A stretch of DNA of 64,000 nt from a virus: positions 1 through 64,000 of IMG/VR virus record IMGVR_UViG_3300025133_000077. One strand, given 5' to 3'. Under the pieces are notes generated by a model, which was given only the letters and a program-made list of their open reading frames with translations, had not been told where the DNA came from and searched no databases. Below are positions 10,701 through 17,235 of this stretch, piece after piece. The position numbers were made by a program, and so were the translations under genes. Positions within the stretch are counted from its first letter, which is position 1; every line of letters starts with the position of its first letter.

Positions 10701-11058
10701 CGCCCGACTTCAGGCGGAACTGGTTGTCGACCTGCCGCTCCTTGCCGTCGACGATGTAGGAGTAGCGTCGGGTGATCTTGGGGATCTTGGCCACGGTGAT
10801 CGTGGACTTGTCGATCACCTCCCCCGTGGTCTTGTCGATCAGGGAGAGACGGGCCTTGACGGGCACTGCCCAGGAGCGCCCGTGCAGCTTCGCCTCCCGC
10901 TGCGAGCGGATGTCGTCGAGGCTCAGGTCGTCGGCGACCCAACACTTCGACATCTCGAGGCGGCGGTTCTGTCCCTCGAAGGGGAAGTGATCGGCGACAG
11001 CCTCCGCGACACGGCTCTTCAGCGTCTCGAAGGCCTCTTCTGGGTCGAGCTGGGCCAT
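4759..11058 (-). CDS. Phage two-barrel DNA-directed RNA polymerase, beta and beta' fused in one polypeptide (about 2099 aa)
   Basis: Beta motifs: QTNPL, TPEG, GKNLRVGY..GYNFEDG, GDKLVGRHGNKG, LNPHGVPSRINVGQ, KMKHKV..KMTSR. Beta' motifs: GGIFDEKIFG, GRRMDLS, RDPVLH, NADFDGD (6895-6915), SGARG, DCGT..RSPLKC..C..CYG, GEPATQL..FHTGG. Start moved to the ATG at 11058 (GAGGA SD). Confidence 0.95.
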   Translation of the reverse strand: MAQLDPEEAFETLKSRVAEAVADHFPFEGQNRRLEMSKCWVADDLSLDDIRSQREAKLHGRSWAVPVKARLSLIDKTTGEVIDKSTITVAKIPKITRRYSYIVDGKERQVDNQFRLKSGVYHREDEAGRLVTQWNINNWEGAKADRFWSYFHPEKRVFTLKFGSMEDIGLYPVLRAMGEPDDKIKKAWGGEIYDASVKKYGDEKKQLQSLNKILKRTTGGSAETLAEAQAEVRKTLSAAELRKDSTKLTLGKPFAAVNGEAMLTSSKKLLSLARGEAAPDDRESLAFKDVLSIEDHLSDRLHRSRAEIGRRLRQGLDGKKGTVRQIVNPAVFGKPMGSFFSTSLAQMPNQTNPLEFVSGQMRTTIMGPGAVSDLQRVPKEALRINNTHLNYLDPITTPEGAKTGITLQLPLGVEKEGRELRVSLYNRKTKKIDKVAPHDFQGYVVAFSDQVKWAGEMPLPKNAKNVAVAGKGNDVMMRPWNEVTHVMLTSKGMYSLPTNLIPFLHNNQGNRTMTASRMQEQVVSLKHREAPLVQSATDAGEGHTFEQMMGSFNSHQAPVNGVVTKIVKDAVFIRDSTGKEHEVQVYKDFPLNQDEAYLDAHLKVKVGDRVKRGQLLADTNFTKDGTFALGKNLRVGYVPFKGYNFEDGVVISQSASSMLTSLHMYRMSTTIDRNSVFDKAKFLAHISPGTVTTAQMAKLDPRGVIKDGSDVEEGDVLIAKLQKREIGSEAAAYQALKRSKVQDYSNRSVLWDKGYKGKVVRVIRTAKQIEVHIKTEEPAQVGDKLVGRHGNKGIISRIVHDKEMPVTKDGNQIHIALNPHGVPSRINVGQVLETLAGKIAEKSGKAYHVDNFPQEEGKADYGRVVQSELKKHGLSDTEELFDPDTGKKMGDVLIGNQYIFKMKHKVSKKMTSRSGGTSAPYNLDRSPKEGGGTSAQSLSALGLYSMLAHGARHNLREMYTHKSDYNADMWTALHSGQALPAPKIPFTYHKFEGFLKTMGLDVEKKGDEMQLKPLTDKQVLGLSNGHVADPGRMFRGKDMKPEKGGIFDEKIFGSLHPEHADKQRWGHMTLETALPNPLFDNAITSLLDLKKGDIAAIVGHEKEVPGGGKGAEGIEKALRGLDLDAELKKTLTALKGARKYKLSRLRRRVRYLQALKAAELNPADAYMRKHIPIMPPKFRPVSVMDSGNTTAADVNQLYKGLSLTNQKLRDFDPGLPQNQKVPLYRELYDGLKALTMDGQKYQGRHYRGVLETVKGTQPKSGYFQNKIIGRRMDLSMRSTIIPEQSMGLDEVGLPQKAAMEMYKPFVVRELVQVFGYSPLRAQLAVKQNDPVAKKALESVVRDRPVLMKRDPVLHKHGIMAFHPKLVKGKAIRIHPLVTGGFNADFDGDTTAIYVPLTQEAVAEARKMVPSNNLFSASSGRLMNLPSQEAQLGLYQLSKWGKGTGKTFVSADDAIKAYKKGKVTASEEITVGSSVITKTAAWWRGGSHWAPEIDETIKEAGQQKTTVGRLMLANCFPAGSKERQKVLADPALVLTKGAVSSLLAPLAKAHPQRFSITVNKLNQLGNKHTYDTGYSFSLKDVLSRPDIRDKHFAEADREAAKAMKKGKGRDKAVVDAYMGALNKIDAEGKAKMKGTGNRMYEMVQSGARGNWDQFKQLTLAPVLVTDPNGSAVPIPIKKSYSEGLSAAEYWASLSGARMGTLGKVKGTQAPGELTKDLVSANINQLVTSPDCGTTNGVLMSVADSEIHDRYTAVPVKLKKGDVPSKTLLTAEVLTKIKNSGVAQVLVRSPLKCEESEGVCAMCYGVTEAGSSPSLGENVGIWAAQAIGEPATQLSMNAFHTGGVVSKAEASRTDSFTRLGQLLHLTKSLPGEATISSYKGQIMKAEVDPAGGWRVHIRGKDRYGKYFPTPKSHYIPARNKPSDKVMRALRGTLMIEVALGEALSSGPVNPHHLLEVAGIESVKGYLTDEMHGAYGGKVKKRNMETVVRSLTNLSMIKQPGDTGFLRGDMVPTTKLEQVNREIGKKGGKGADHDPVLKGIQEVSMASSEDWMGRLNYRELKKTLTEGGAQGWKTNIHGTNPIPGLVLGTQFGKGTEKKPYAY

Positions 11059-11086
11059 AGATCCTCGGGCTGACGGACGTGGGGGC

Positions 11087-11116
11087 AGTGTAAGGGACCC
11101 TTGCAGTACAGCACAA
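11087..11116 (-). promoter_or_regulatory. Sigma70-like promoter upstream of the RNAP unit
   Basis: TTGTGC-N18-TACACT on the minus strand in the divergent intergenic region. Confidence 0.4.
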
Positions 11117-11131
11117 TCACGGAGGATGCCA

Positions 11132-11146
11132 CGGCATAAGCAGAGT
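11132..11146 (+). promoter_or_regulatory. Candidate phage-RNAP promoter motif CGGCATAAGnAnAGT
   Basis: 13 of 15 nt identical to 16372-16386. The TAAG ends 36 nt before the first plus-strand start codon. Confidence 0.5.
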
Positions 11147-11176
11147 AGAGGAACACCCCTCGTAGGAGACAAAGCA

Positions 11177-11308
11177 GTGGCCAACGATCAGCAGAAGAAG
11201 AAGACGCCCCCCAAGGTCGAGAAGCGCTCCAGCGTGCGCCGCTTCTCGAACAACGTGAAGAAGGCGGTGGGCGGTCACCGCCGTCCCGCCCCCAAGAAGA
11301 AGGAGTAG
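11177..11308 (+). CDS. Small, very basic hypothetical protein (43 aa)
   Basis: AGGAG SD before GTG; MANDQQKKKTPPKVEKRSSVRRF...; GC3-rich codons. Confidence 0.55.
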   Translation: MANDQQKKKTPPKVEKRSSVRRFSNNVKKAVGGHRRPAPKKKE

Positions 11309-11312
11309 GACC

Positions 11313-11435
11313 GTGAGGTGGTTGCTCCTGTCGGGCTTCTACTTCGGCTTCCTCCTCGCACTCCACGACGGCATCCAGCTCGAGAAGATTCGAGTGCGTG
11401 CCCACATCGCGAAGGACGAGGACGAGGAGAAGTAG
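11313..11435 (+). CDS. Small membrane protein (40 aa)
   Basis: Below the ORF-track cutoff. MRWLLLSGFYFGFLLALHDGIQLEKIRVRAHIAKDEDEEK has an SD and exactly fills the gap between neighbours. Confidence 0.55.
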   Translation: MRWLLLSGFYFGFLLALHDGIQLEKIRVRAHIAKDEDEEK

Positions 11436-11750
11436 ATGGCCTACTGCCCCCTGTTGCCGGGGCACTGCCGGAACGCCACCGACTGTGGCGGGTGCAGCAC
11501 GTTCTCCGACGTGCTGCACCCGTACGCAGACGAGCTGTTCTGGGTCTGTCCCGATTGTCTTACGCCCCGTCGAGAGCCCAGCGGCTTCACCCTCCTGGGC
11601 CACTACCAGGAGATCGACTGCGACATCTGCAGCAAGCTCTCCAACCTGTGCCAAGCGGCTCTGCCTCCCGACGTACTGACGGCAGCCAAGTGGTTCGAGA
11701 TGCTCCAGCGCATCCTGGAGAAGGCGACCGAGGAGAACGAAGATGGATGA
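11436..11750 (+). CDS. Cys-rich (Zn-finger-like) hypothetical protein
   Basis: C..C...CGGC, CPDC and CDIC...C motifs; GAGGAG SD. Confidence 0.7.
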   Translation: MAYCPLLPGHCRNATDCGGCSTFSDVLHPYADELFWVCPDCLTPRREPSGFTLLGHYQEIDCDICSKLSNLCQAALPPDVLTAAKWFEMLQRILEKATEENEDG

Positions 11751-12108
11751 CTGCTGTGCCCAGTGCCAGGAGCAGTTCGAGCTCCGGGAGACCGGCATCC
11801 TTGAGGTCTACGAGGGGGAGGTCGGCTTCAATGACGAGGGGGAGGTCGCCTTCATCCCCGACGACTTCGCCCAGTACATCCACACCAAGTGCGCGTCGCG
11901 GTACTTCAACCCCGGCGAAGAGGCCGAGGTTCGCAGGGAGATCCGCGAGGAGGTGCTCTTGGATGGAGCCGCCCAGGTGAACGCCTACCTGGGTGGCGTG
12001 GAGAAGATGCGGCAGCGCGAAGAGGAAGAAGAGGAAGTCGCCGAGGAGTGGGTTCGCCCGCCCGCTCGGCGACGCTCCTCTCGTGGGGGGAGGTGGGGAG
12101 GACGATGA
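11743..12108 (+). CDS. Hypothetical protein with CxxC...HxxC Zn motif, acidic segment and Arg/Gly tail
   Basis: CAQC...HTKC; coupled to the upstream gene. Confidence 0.7.
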   Translation: MDDCCAQCQEQFELRETGILEVYEGEVGFNDEGEVAFIPDDFAQYIHTKCASRYFNPGEEAEVRREIREEVLLDGAAQVNAYLGGVEKMRQREEEEEEVAEEWVRPPARRRSSRGGRWGGR

Positions 12109-12114
12109 TCCTGG

Positions 12115-12132
12115 CGGGCCCGAAGGGGCCCG
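12115..12132. terminator. GC-rich hairpin between convergent genes
   Basis: CGGGCCC-GAAG-GGGCCCG between the stops at 12108 (+) and 12142 (-); no U-tract. Confidence 0.5.
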
Positions 12133-12141
12133 TCGCTTAGC

Positions 12142-14148
12142 TCACACCAGCGCCCTGCCGGGGTCTCGCCGGGGCGGCTTCTGCGACGGGAGCGGAGACT
12201 GCTGCGCGTCGAGCGGGTCCCGGGTCTCCTTGGAGCCCTGCATGATCTGCAAGACCAGCGAGTAGAAGTGCGGCTGCGTCGACTTCATCTTCTGCATCGC
12301 CGCGTAGGCGTCCGGCGGCTTCGTCTTGAGCAGCTTCCGCAGCTCGTTCGCCGTCCGCTTGGCCACGTAGAAGACGTCCTGACCCGTGCCCGGGTCAGCC
12401 GTCAGCTGAGAGGACGCCTCCTGCGGGACGCCTGTGACCGGAGAGGACTGCCCGTTCTCCGGGTACAGCTTGGCCCCTGCCGGGCCCTCGACGGGGCCGC
12501 TGCCGCCCTCCTGGCCACCCTCCTGGCCAGGGCCGAGCTGCATGGCTCCGCCCCCGCCCACGAGGTCGGACTGGGCCGCCTGCATGTAGAGCTGCATGAC
12601 CTGCTGAGCCTCGCCCTGGCCGACGGCCGCGGAGACCTGGGCCCGTCGCTGGTCCTCGGCCTGCTTCCTCGACTCGGAGCTGAGCAGCAGCCGCTCGGTC
12701 TCGTAGTCCTCGTTGAGTTCGCGCAGGAAGGTGTGGTCGGAGATCTTGTTGGCCTGGTTGGCCTGGAAGTAGATCATCGTGCGCTGCAGGTCGTCCGCCA
12801 TCTTGAAGCGGCGGAACTTCTTGCCCACGCGGGGCCAGCCCAACCACGCGCCGATGGAGTCGAACACCCAGTCCGTGAGGCCCTGGATGTCGGCGCGGTA
12901 GTTGATGAACTCGTTCTCTAGGTTCCGCATGGAGACCTGCGTGCCGGAGTAGCCGAGGCCGCCGAAGATAAACTCCTGCGGGACGTGGAGGCCGGCGACG
13001 ATGTTCTCTGCCCAGACGCGGTACTCCTGGTGGAGCACCATCGCTCGGCCCTGGCCGCCGACCATCTGGTGTCCCACGGGGAGGGGCAGGATCGGGATGT
13101 AGTTGGGGTCCCGCCGCCACCGCTCGATCTCCTCCTCCATCTGGCTCTTCCAGCCGGTGAGGGGCATCGTGGTGTACGGGTCGCTGGTCCCGGAGCCGGG
13201 CTGCGGGAAGATCATGCGCAGCGGCACGATGTGCTCGCGGGCGATGGCTTCCTGGCCCTTCTTGAGGATCTGCAGGTAGTAGGAGTCCTTGAGCACCGGC
13301 AGGATGCGGGACAGACCCCAGCCCTTGTCGTTCCCGTTGCCCGAGATGGACGGGCGCCGCATGTGGAAGAGCTGGCCCGGGGCGAACCGGAGGCCGGTCT
13401 TCTTGCGGGCGGCCTCGACGAAGACGTTGGGGATCTCCTCCTGAAGGTGGTTCCTTCCGATCATCAGCCGCGCCCGCGTGCGGGGGCTCATCTCGTAGTA
13501 GTACCTGCAGTGCCCGGTCTCCTCGTTCACATCGATGGCGATGCGCTCGGGGTCCCACCGGACGAGCCCGATCTTGTACGGGCTCCGCTGCCAGACATCG
13601 AGGGGCTTGGCGTTGCCCACCTTCCTGCACTTGGGGCAGGTGAGGCGGTAGTTCAGCTCCCGCCACTTGTAGTGGGGCCGCAGCTTCTTCGCCGGCGCCT
13701 GGTACTTGCAGTGGTTGCACTGCAGGAACTTCACGAAGGGGTAGTTGATCGAGGTGAAGGAGTTGCCGTAGCACTGGTAGTCCAGGCCGGTCTCCACCTG
13801 GAAGCTGCGGAACTTCAGGATCTGGTCCTTGAGGTACTTGTACTTCCGCGCCACCGCCTCGTGCTTGCTCTCGAACACCAGGTCGGTGATCGGGTACGAG
13901 GCCATCTTGTAGATGACCGCGTTCACCAGCGGGTTGGTGAAGAAGTAGTAGCGGCACCAGCGGAACAGCTTCTTCTGCGACGAGGGCAGGTAGGTGTGCG
14001 CTCCGTCGAAGAAGGGGCTGGGGTACGGCACGCCGGCCCGGCCCGAGGCCCCGAAGAAGCCCGAGCGCAGGTTGGCGAAGCCGCTGCCTCCGGCGGTGCC
14101 GCCGCTCACCCCGTACGTGGGCAGCCCGAAGTCGAATCCCTCAGCCAT
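12142..14148 (-). CDS. Putative portal protein with Zn-ribbon insertion
   Basis: Portal-like pattern: RWCRYYFFTNPLVNAVIYKMASYPI, DYQCYGNSF, LFHMRRP...GWGLSRILPVLK, IVAGLHVPQEFIFGG; Gly/Gln/Pro-rich C-terminal tail. Confidence 0.7.
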   Translation of the reverse strand: MAEGFDFGLPTYGVSGGTAGGSGFANLRSGFFGASGRAGVPYPSPFFDGAHTYLPSSQKKLFRWCRYYFFTNPLVNAVIYKMASYPITDLVFESKHEAVARKYKYLKDQILKFRSFQVETGLDYQCYGNSFTSINYPFVKFLQCNHCKYQAPAKKLRPHYKWRELNYRLTCPKCRKVGNAKPLDVWQRSPYKIGLVRWDPERIAIDVNEETGHCRYYYEMSPRTRARLMIGRNHLQEEIPNVFVEAARKKTGLRFAPGQLFHMRRPSISGNGNDKGWGLSRILPVLKDSYYLQILKKGQEAIAREHIVPLRMIFPQPGSGTSDPYTTMPLTGWKSQMEEEIERWRRDPNYIPILPLPVGHQMVGGQGRAMVLHQEYRVWAENIVAGLHVPQEFIFGGLGYSGTQVSMRNLENEFINYRADIQGLTDWVFDSIGAWLGWPRVGKKFRRFKMADDLQRTMIYFQANQANKISDHTFLRELNEDYETERLLLSSESRKQAEDQRRAQVSAAVGQGEAQQVMQLYMQAAQSDLVGGGGAMQLGPGQEGGQEGGSGPVEGPAGAKLYPENGQSSPVTGVPQEASSQLTADPGTGQDVFYVAKRTANELRKLLKTKPPDAYAAMQKMKSTQPHFYSLVLQIMQGSKETRDPLDAQQSPLPSQKPPRRDPGRALV

Positions 14149-15018
14149 CTACGCCGCCTTGCTCTGGAGGAGCCACGAGAACTCTCGGGCCTGCACAGCT
14201 TCCTGCTGGCGCCGGTGCACCATGTAGTTGTGGGCCACGAGCAGCTTGCCGCAGACGACATCCTCGCGCACATCGTCGCTCAGGTCTGCCCCTTCCCCAC
14301 CGTGCACCTGCCTCCACCGGGCGGCGACCGGGCGGGGGTCGTTCTTGTAGAAGGTCGAGACGTTGCGGCCTACCTCGTCCGGGATGCCCCGCGCCGGCCT
14401 GCCGTTCACCGTCTTCTCGTCCATGTCCGGGTTGAACCGCCCCACGCAGACGTCGCACCGCCCATCCTCGAGGTCGTCGTCGTCCTCGTTGCCGCAGTCC
14501 CCACAGCGGTAGGTGGGCTCGGCCACCACGCGCTGCGCGACGGCGAGGGGGCCCGGCAGGAACCAGACGCCGCGCTCCAGAGCCGAGGCCGCCATGAACC
14601 GGACCACCTCCTCCTGGTACGGCTCCTTGCGGATGTCCGAGACCATGTCGACGGCCGCCATCATCTGGGCAACTGTCGGTTGCTGAAGTGTCATGAAGTC
14701 GGGGGTGTTGTTGTTCAGCGCCTGCACCAGAGGGGCAAACACCGACCACGACGACCAGAAGCCGTTGGCCAGCAGCAGGTTGCGGATCGCCTGGATCTTG
14801 TTCTTGTTCAGCGCGCTGACCGTCACCCTGTGGGGACGGGAGTAGTGCTTCTGGAAGAGCTCCGAGAAGTCCTGCTCGATCTCGTACCAGAGCACATCGG
14901 AGTCCCACTCCAGCCAGTCCGACTTGAACACCGCGAAGAGGAGCCCGGCCAACACCGCCGGGTGCGCGTCGTGGTAGCCGAAGAAGAGGGCCGGCGACTC
15001 AGGCGCTGATGGTTCCAC
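14149..15018 (-). CDS. Hypothetical head-module protein with CxxC...CxxC Zn ribbon
   Basis: GTG at 15018 with GGAG SD; CGDC...CDVC; lies between the KxA-rich protein and the portal. Confidence 0.65.
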   Translation of the reverse strand: MEPSAPESPALFFGYHDAHPAVLAGLLFAVFKSDWLEWDSDVLWYEIEQDFSELFQKHYSRPHRVTVSALNKNKIQAIRNLLLANGFWSSWSVFAPLVQALNNNTPDFMTLQQPTVAQMMAAVDMVSDIRKEPYQEEVVRFMAASALERGVWFLPGPLAVAQRVVAEPTYRCGDCGNEDDDDLEDGRCDVCVGRFNPDMDEKTVNGRPARGIPDEVGRNVSTFYKNDPRPVAARWRQVHGGEGADLSDDVREDVVCGKLLVAHNYMVHRRQQEAVQAREFSWLLQSKAA

Positions 15019-16300
15019 GGGCGTGGCTCCTGCTGGCCGCCAGCCGCGCCACGACCACCTGCTTGGGGTAGGGCAGGGACTTGAAGACGGTGACGGGCTT
15101 CGCCATGAACTGGTCCGCCGCGTCATCGCCGAGCGCATCCCGGACACGGCCGAGGTCGTTGCGGGAGAGCCTCAGCAGGTCCGCCCCCGTCACCTTGTCG
15201 ATCCCCTTCATCCAGTGGTAGCCGGCGTCCTCGGACGCTGTCTTCTCGGAGAGGGCTGCGCGGTACGGGTCGGGCAGGGAGCGGTCCCACTCCTGGCTGA
15301 GCCCGTAGTGCTCGTCGAACTGCGTCAGCGCCTTGCCGAAGGCGTCGGGACCCTGGTGCGTGGCGACCGTGGCCAGCTTCATCAGGATGGCGCCGCCCCG
15401 CTCGTCGACCCGGCCCGCCCTGGCGTTGAGGTGGAGGACGAAGCTCTCGTTGAGCTGCTCGCCCCCGTACTGCGCCACCTTCTCGGTGACCTCGACCTCG
15501 AAGTGGTCGGCGGCGAGCTTGACGTTGCGGCAGTACTCCCGCCGGTCAGCGGGGTGGAAGCGGTCCCCGTACTCGTCGAAGTAGGCCATCGCCTGCTTGA
15601 CCTGCTCTTCGGTGTCAAGCGGGTAGCGGTCGTCGAGGGCCGCCGTCTTCCTCCGGGAGTGTCGATCCAGTGCGGCGTACGCTCCGTAGCCTGCCCCGAT
15701 GCCAAGAAGTGCGCCGCCCGCCCCCTTCGCTGCGCCACCGGCGGTGCGCTTCAGGGTCTCGGTCTTCGTCGCCCCCTGTTGCCGCGCCTTGCGGAAGCCG
15801 GCAGCCGCGCCGACCGTGCCTGCCCCAAGAGGGATGCCGGCCACGATGCCGGCTTCGATGAGGGTGAACGCCTGCTTCTCCCAGGCCCGGATGTCGACGA
15901 CGGCCTCGGCGATGCCGGCCACCTTCATCAGCATGCCGTCGCGGGAGCCGATCTCGGGCACAGCCGAGGCGACCTTGGCGACGAGCCCGGGGACGGTGTA
16001 GCCGCCCTCGTCCATCGTCTCCATCAGCTTGATGCCGGCGACCACGGCGGCCGTCTTCGGCATCTGGTCCCAGGTCCGCTCGAGGTACTGGGCACTGAGC
16101 CACGCCACCTCGGGCGAGGTGCAGGCGAACTTGCGGAGCTTGCCCTCGCTGCTGAGCATGACGACTCCGAAGTCGGAGTCGGGGTAGCGCGACAGCTCAT
16201 CGCGCTCGGGCAGTGACGCGGTCGCCACCTTCTCGGGGAGTGAGACCGACGCTGCCTTGAGCAGCCCCGGTCCCAGATCGTGCGGGTCGACAGCGAGCAT
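14999..16300 (-). CDS. K-x-A-motif-rich protein (putative scaffold or internal head protein)
   Basis: ATG at 16300 with GGAGG SD. About 11 KxA motifs (KAA, KVA, KTA, KQA, KLA) and a central Gly/Ala hydrophobic segment. Confidence 0.65.
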   Translation of the reverse strand: MLAVDPHDLGPGLLKAASVSLPEKVATASLPERDELSRYPDSDFGVVMLSSEGKLRKFACTSPEVAWLSAQYLERTWDQMPKTAAVVAGIKLMETMDEGGYTVPGLVAKVASAVPEIGSRDGMLMKVAGIAEAVVDIRAWEKQAFTLIEAGIVAGIPLGAGTVGAAAGFRKARQQGATKTETLKRTAGGAAKGAGGALLGIGAGYGAYAALDRHSRRKTAALDDRYPLDTEEQVKQAMAYFDEYGDRFHPADRREYCRNVKLAADHFEVEVTEKVAQYGGEQLNESFVLHLNARAGRVDERGGAILMKLATVATHQGPDAFGKALTQFDEHYGLSQEWDRSLPDPYRAALSEKTASEDAGYHWMKGIDKVTGADLLRLSRNDLGRVRDALGDDAADQFMAKPVTVFKSLPYPKQVVVARLAASRSHARGTISA

Positions 16301-16321
16301 GGGGCCTCCGATGACGGCTCG

Positions 16322-16351
16322 ATGATGTCTGCGGAGACGTCCTGATGTCAA
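16322..16351 (-). promoter_or_regulatory. Sigma70-like promoter for the head module
   Basis: Perfect TTGACA, 18-nt spacer, then CATCAT on the minus strand. Confidence 0.55.
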
Positions 16352-16371
16352 CGCAAGAACCCCGAGGATCT

Positions 16372-16386
16372 CGGCATAAGGACAGT
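16372..16386 (+). promoter_or_regulatory. Candidate phage-RNAP promoter motif CGGCATAAGnAnAGT heading the replication operon
   Basis: Matches 11132-11146. The TAAG ends 32 nt before the ATG at 16413. Confidence 0.5.
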
Positions 16387-16412
16387 GCCTACCAACAACA
16401 GGAGCCTATCAG

Positions 16413-16784
16413 ATGGCGATCAGCCGGGTCGGTGCTATCCCCGACCCTCCCTGCTTCGGCAAGCCCAGTTTTTACAACGAACGAGACGAGGACTGCCGCA
16501 CCTGTCACGCGAAGATCAGGTGCAAGGTCCAGGTCCGACAGAAGAAGAAGGGAGTCCCTGCCAAGAGCAAGAACTCCCGAGTCGACAGATCCTCCGTGGT
16601 GGAGGAAGATGACGCCCCCACTTTCAGGACCAGGAAGGAGCGCTCGACCACCTGGTTCGGCGCCCTCAAGCACAACTCCTTCATCCGGCTGTGTTCCACG
16701 TTCTTCCGCGAGCTGGCGTTCGGGGTGGAGCAGATTCCTTTGGAGCCGTACTCGGACCAGGAGGCGGAGGAGATCGATGACTGA
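16413..16784 (+). CDS. Cys-cluster hypothetical protein
   Basis: PCFG...DCRTC....C metal-binding pattern; AGGAG SD. Confidence 0.7.
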   Translation: MAISRVGAIPDPPCFGKPSFYNERDEDCRTCHAKIRCKVQVRQKKKGVPAKSKNSRVDRSSVVEEDDAPTFRTRKERSTTWFGALKHNSFIRLCSTFFRELAFGVEQIPLEPYSDQEAEEIDD

Positions 16785-17235
16785 CACCATCAACATCGGG
16801 GGGCTCATCCGGGCTGCTCGAAAGACGCGCTTCGGCAGCATGAGGAAGGCCGCAACGGCCATCGTCATCACGGATGCTCGTGGCACCCGCTCCCTGTCGG
16901 GAGAGGGGCTGCGGAAGATCGAGACGGGCCTCTCCCTCCCGTCTGCGAACGTGCTTAGCGCCCTGATCACCGGGTGGGAGCTCGGCAAGAAGGAGGCCGA
17001 CCAGCTGCGGTACGCCGTGCATGCGGCGCACGAACGCAAGGCCGGCTACGAGCCCCGGCAGAAGGAGGACCTCGGAGAGAACCGAGAGGCGGTCATCGCC
17101 TCTGCCGTCGGCGACATCCTCAGCAAGAGCAAGATCCTCGTCGAGGGGATGGTCGAAGAGGAGGATGACCAGGAAGCCTTCCTGGAGGAGCTGAAGACGA
17201 TCGCGGACAAGACGCTGCGAGAGTACTTCCGGTGA
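16777..17235 (+). CDS. XRE-family helix-turn-helix protein
   Basis: IGGLIRAARK...SMRKAA...LSGEGLRKIETGLSLPSANVLSAL; GGAGG SD. Confidence 0.7.
   Translation: MTDTINIGGLIRAARKTRFGSMRKAATAIVITDARGTRSLSGEGLRKIETGLSLPSANVLSALITGWELGKKEADQLRYAVHAAHERKAGYEPRQKEDLGENREAVIASAVGDILSKSKILVEGMVEEEDDQEAFLEELKTIADKTLREYFR

Noticed and set aside
4759-11058. Interpretation as the host rpoB-rpoC locus
   Set aside because: There are no flanking ribosomal-protein genes, the protein is heavily reduced and divergent, and it is surrounded by phage virion genes.
11059-11184. ORF-track N-terminal extension of the RNAP
   Set aside because: It overlaps the divergent promoters and a plus-strand gene. The SD supports the ATG at 11058.
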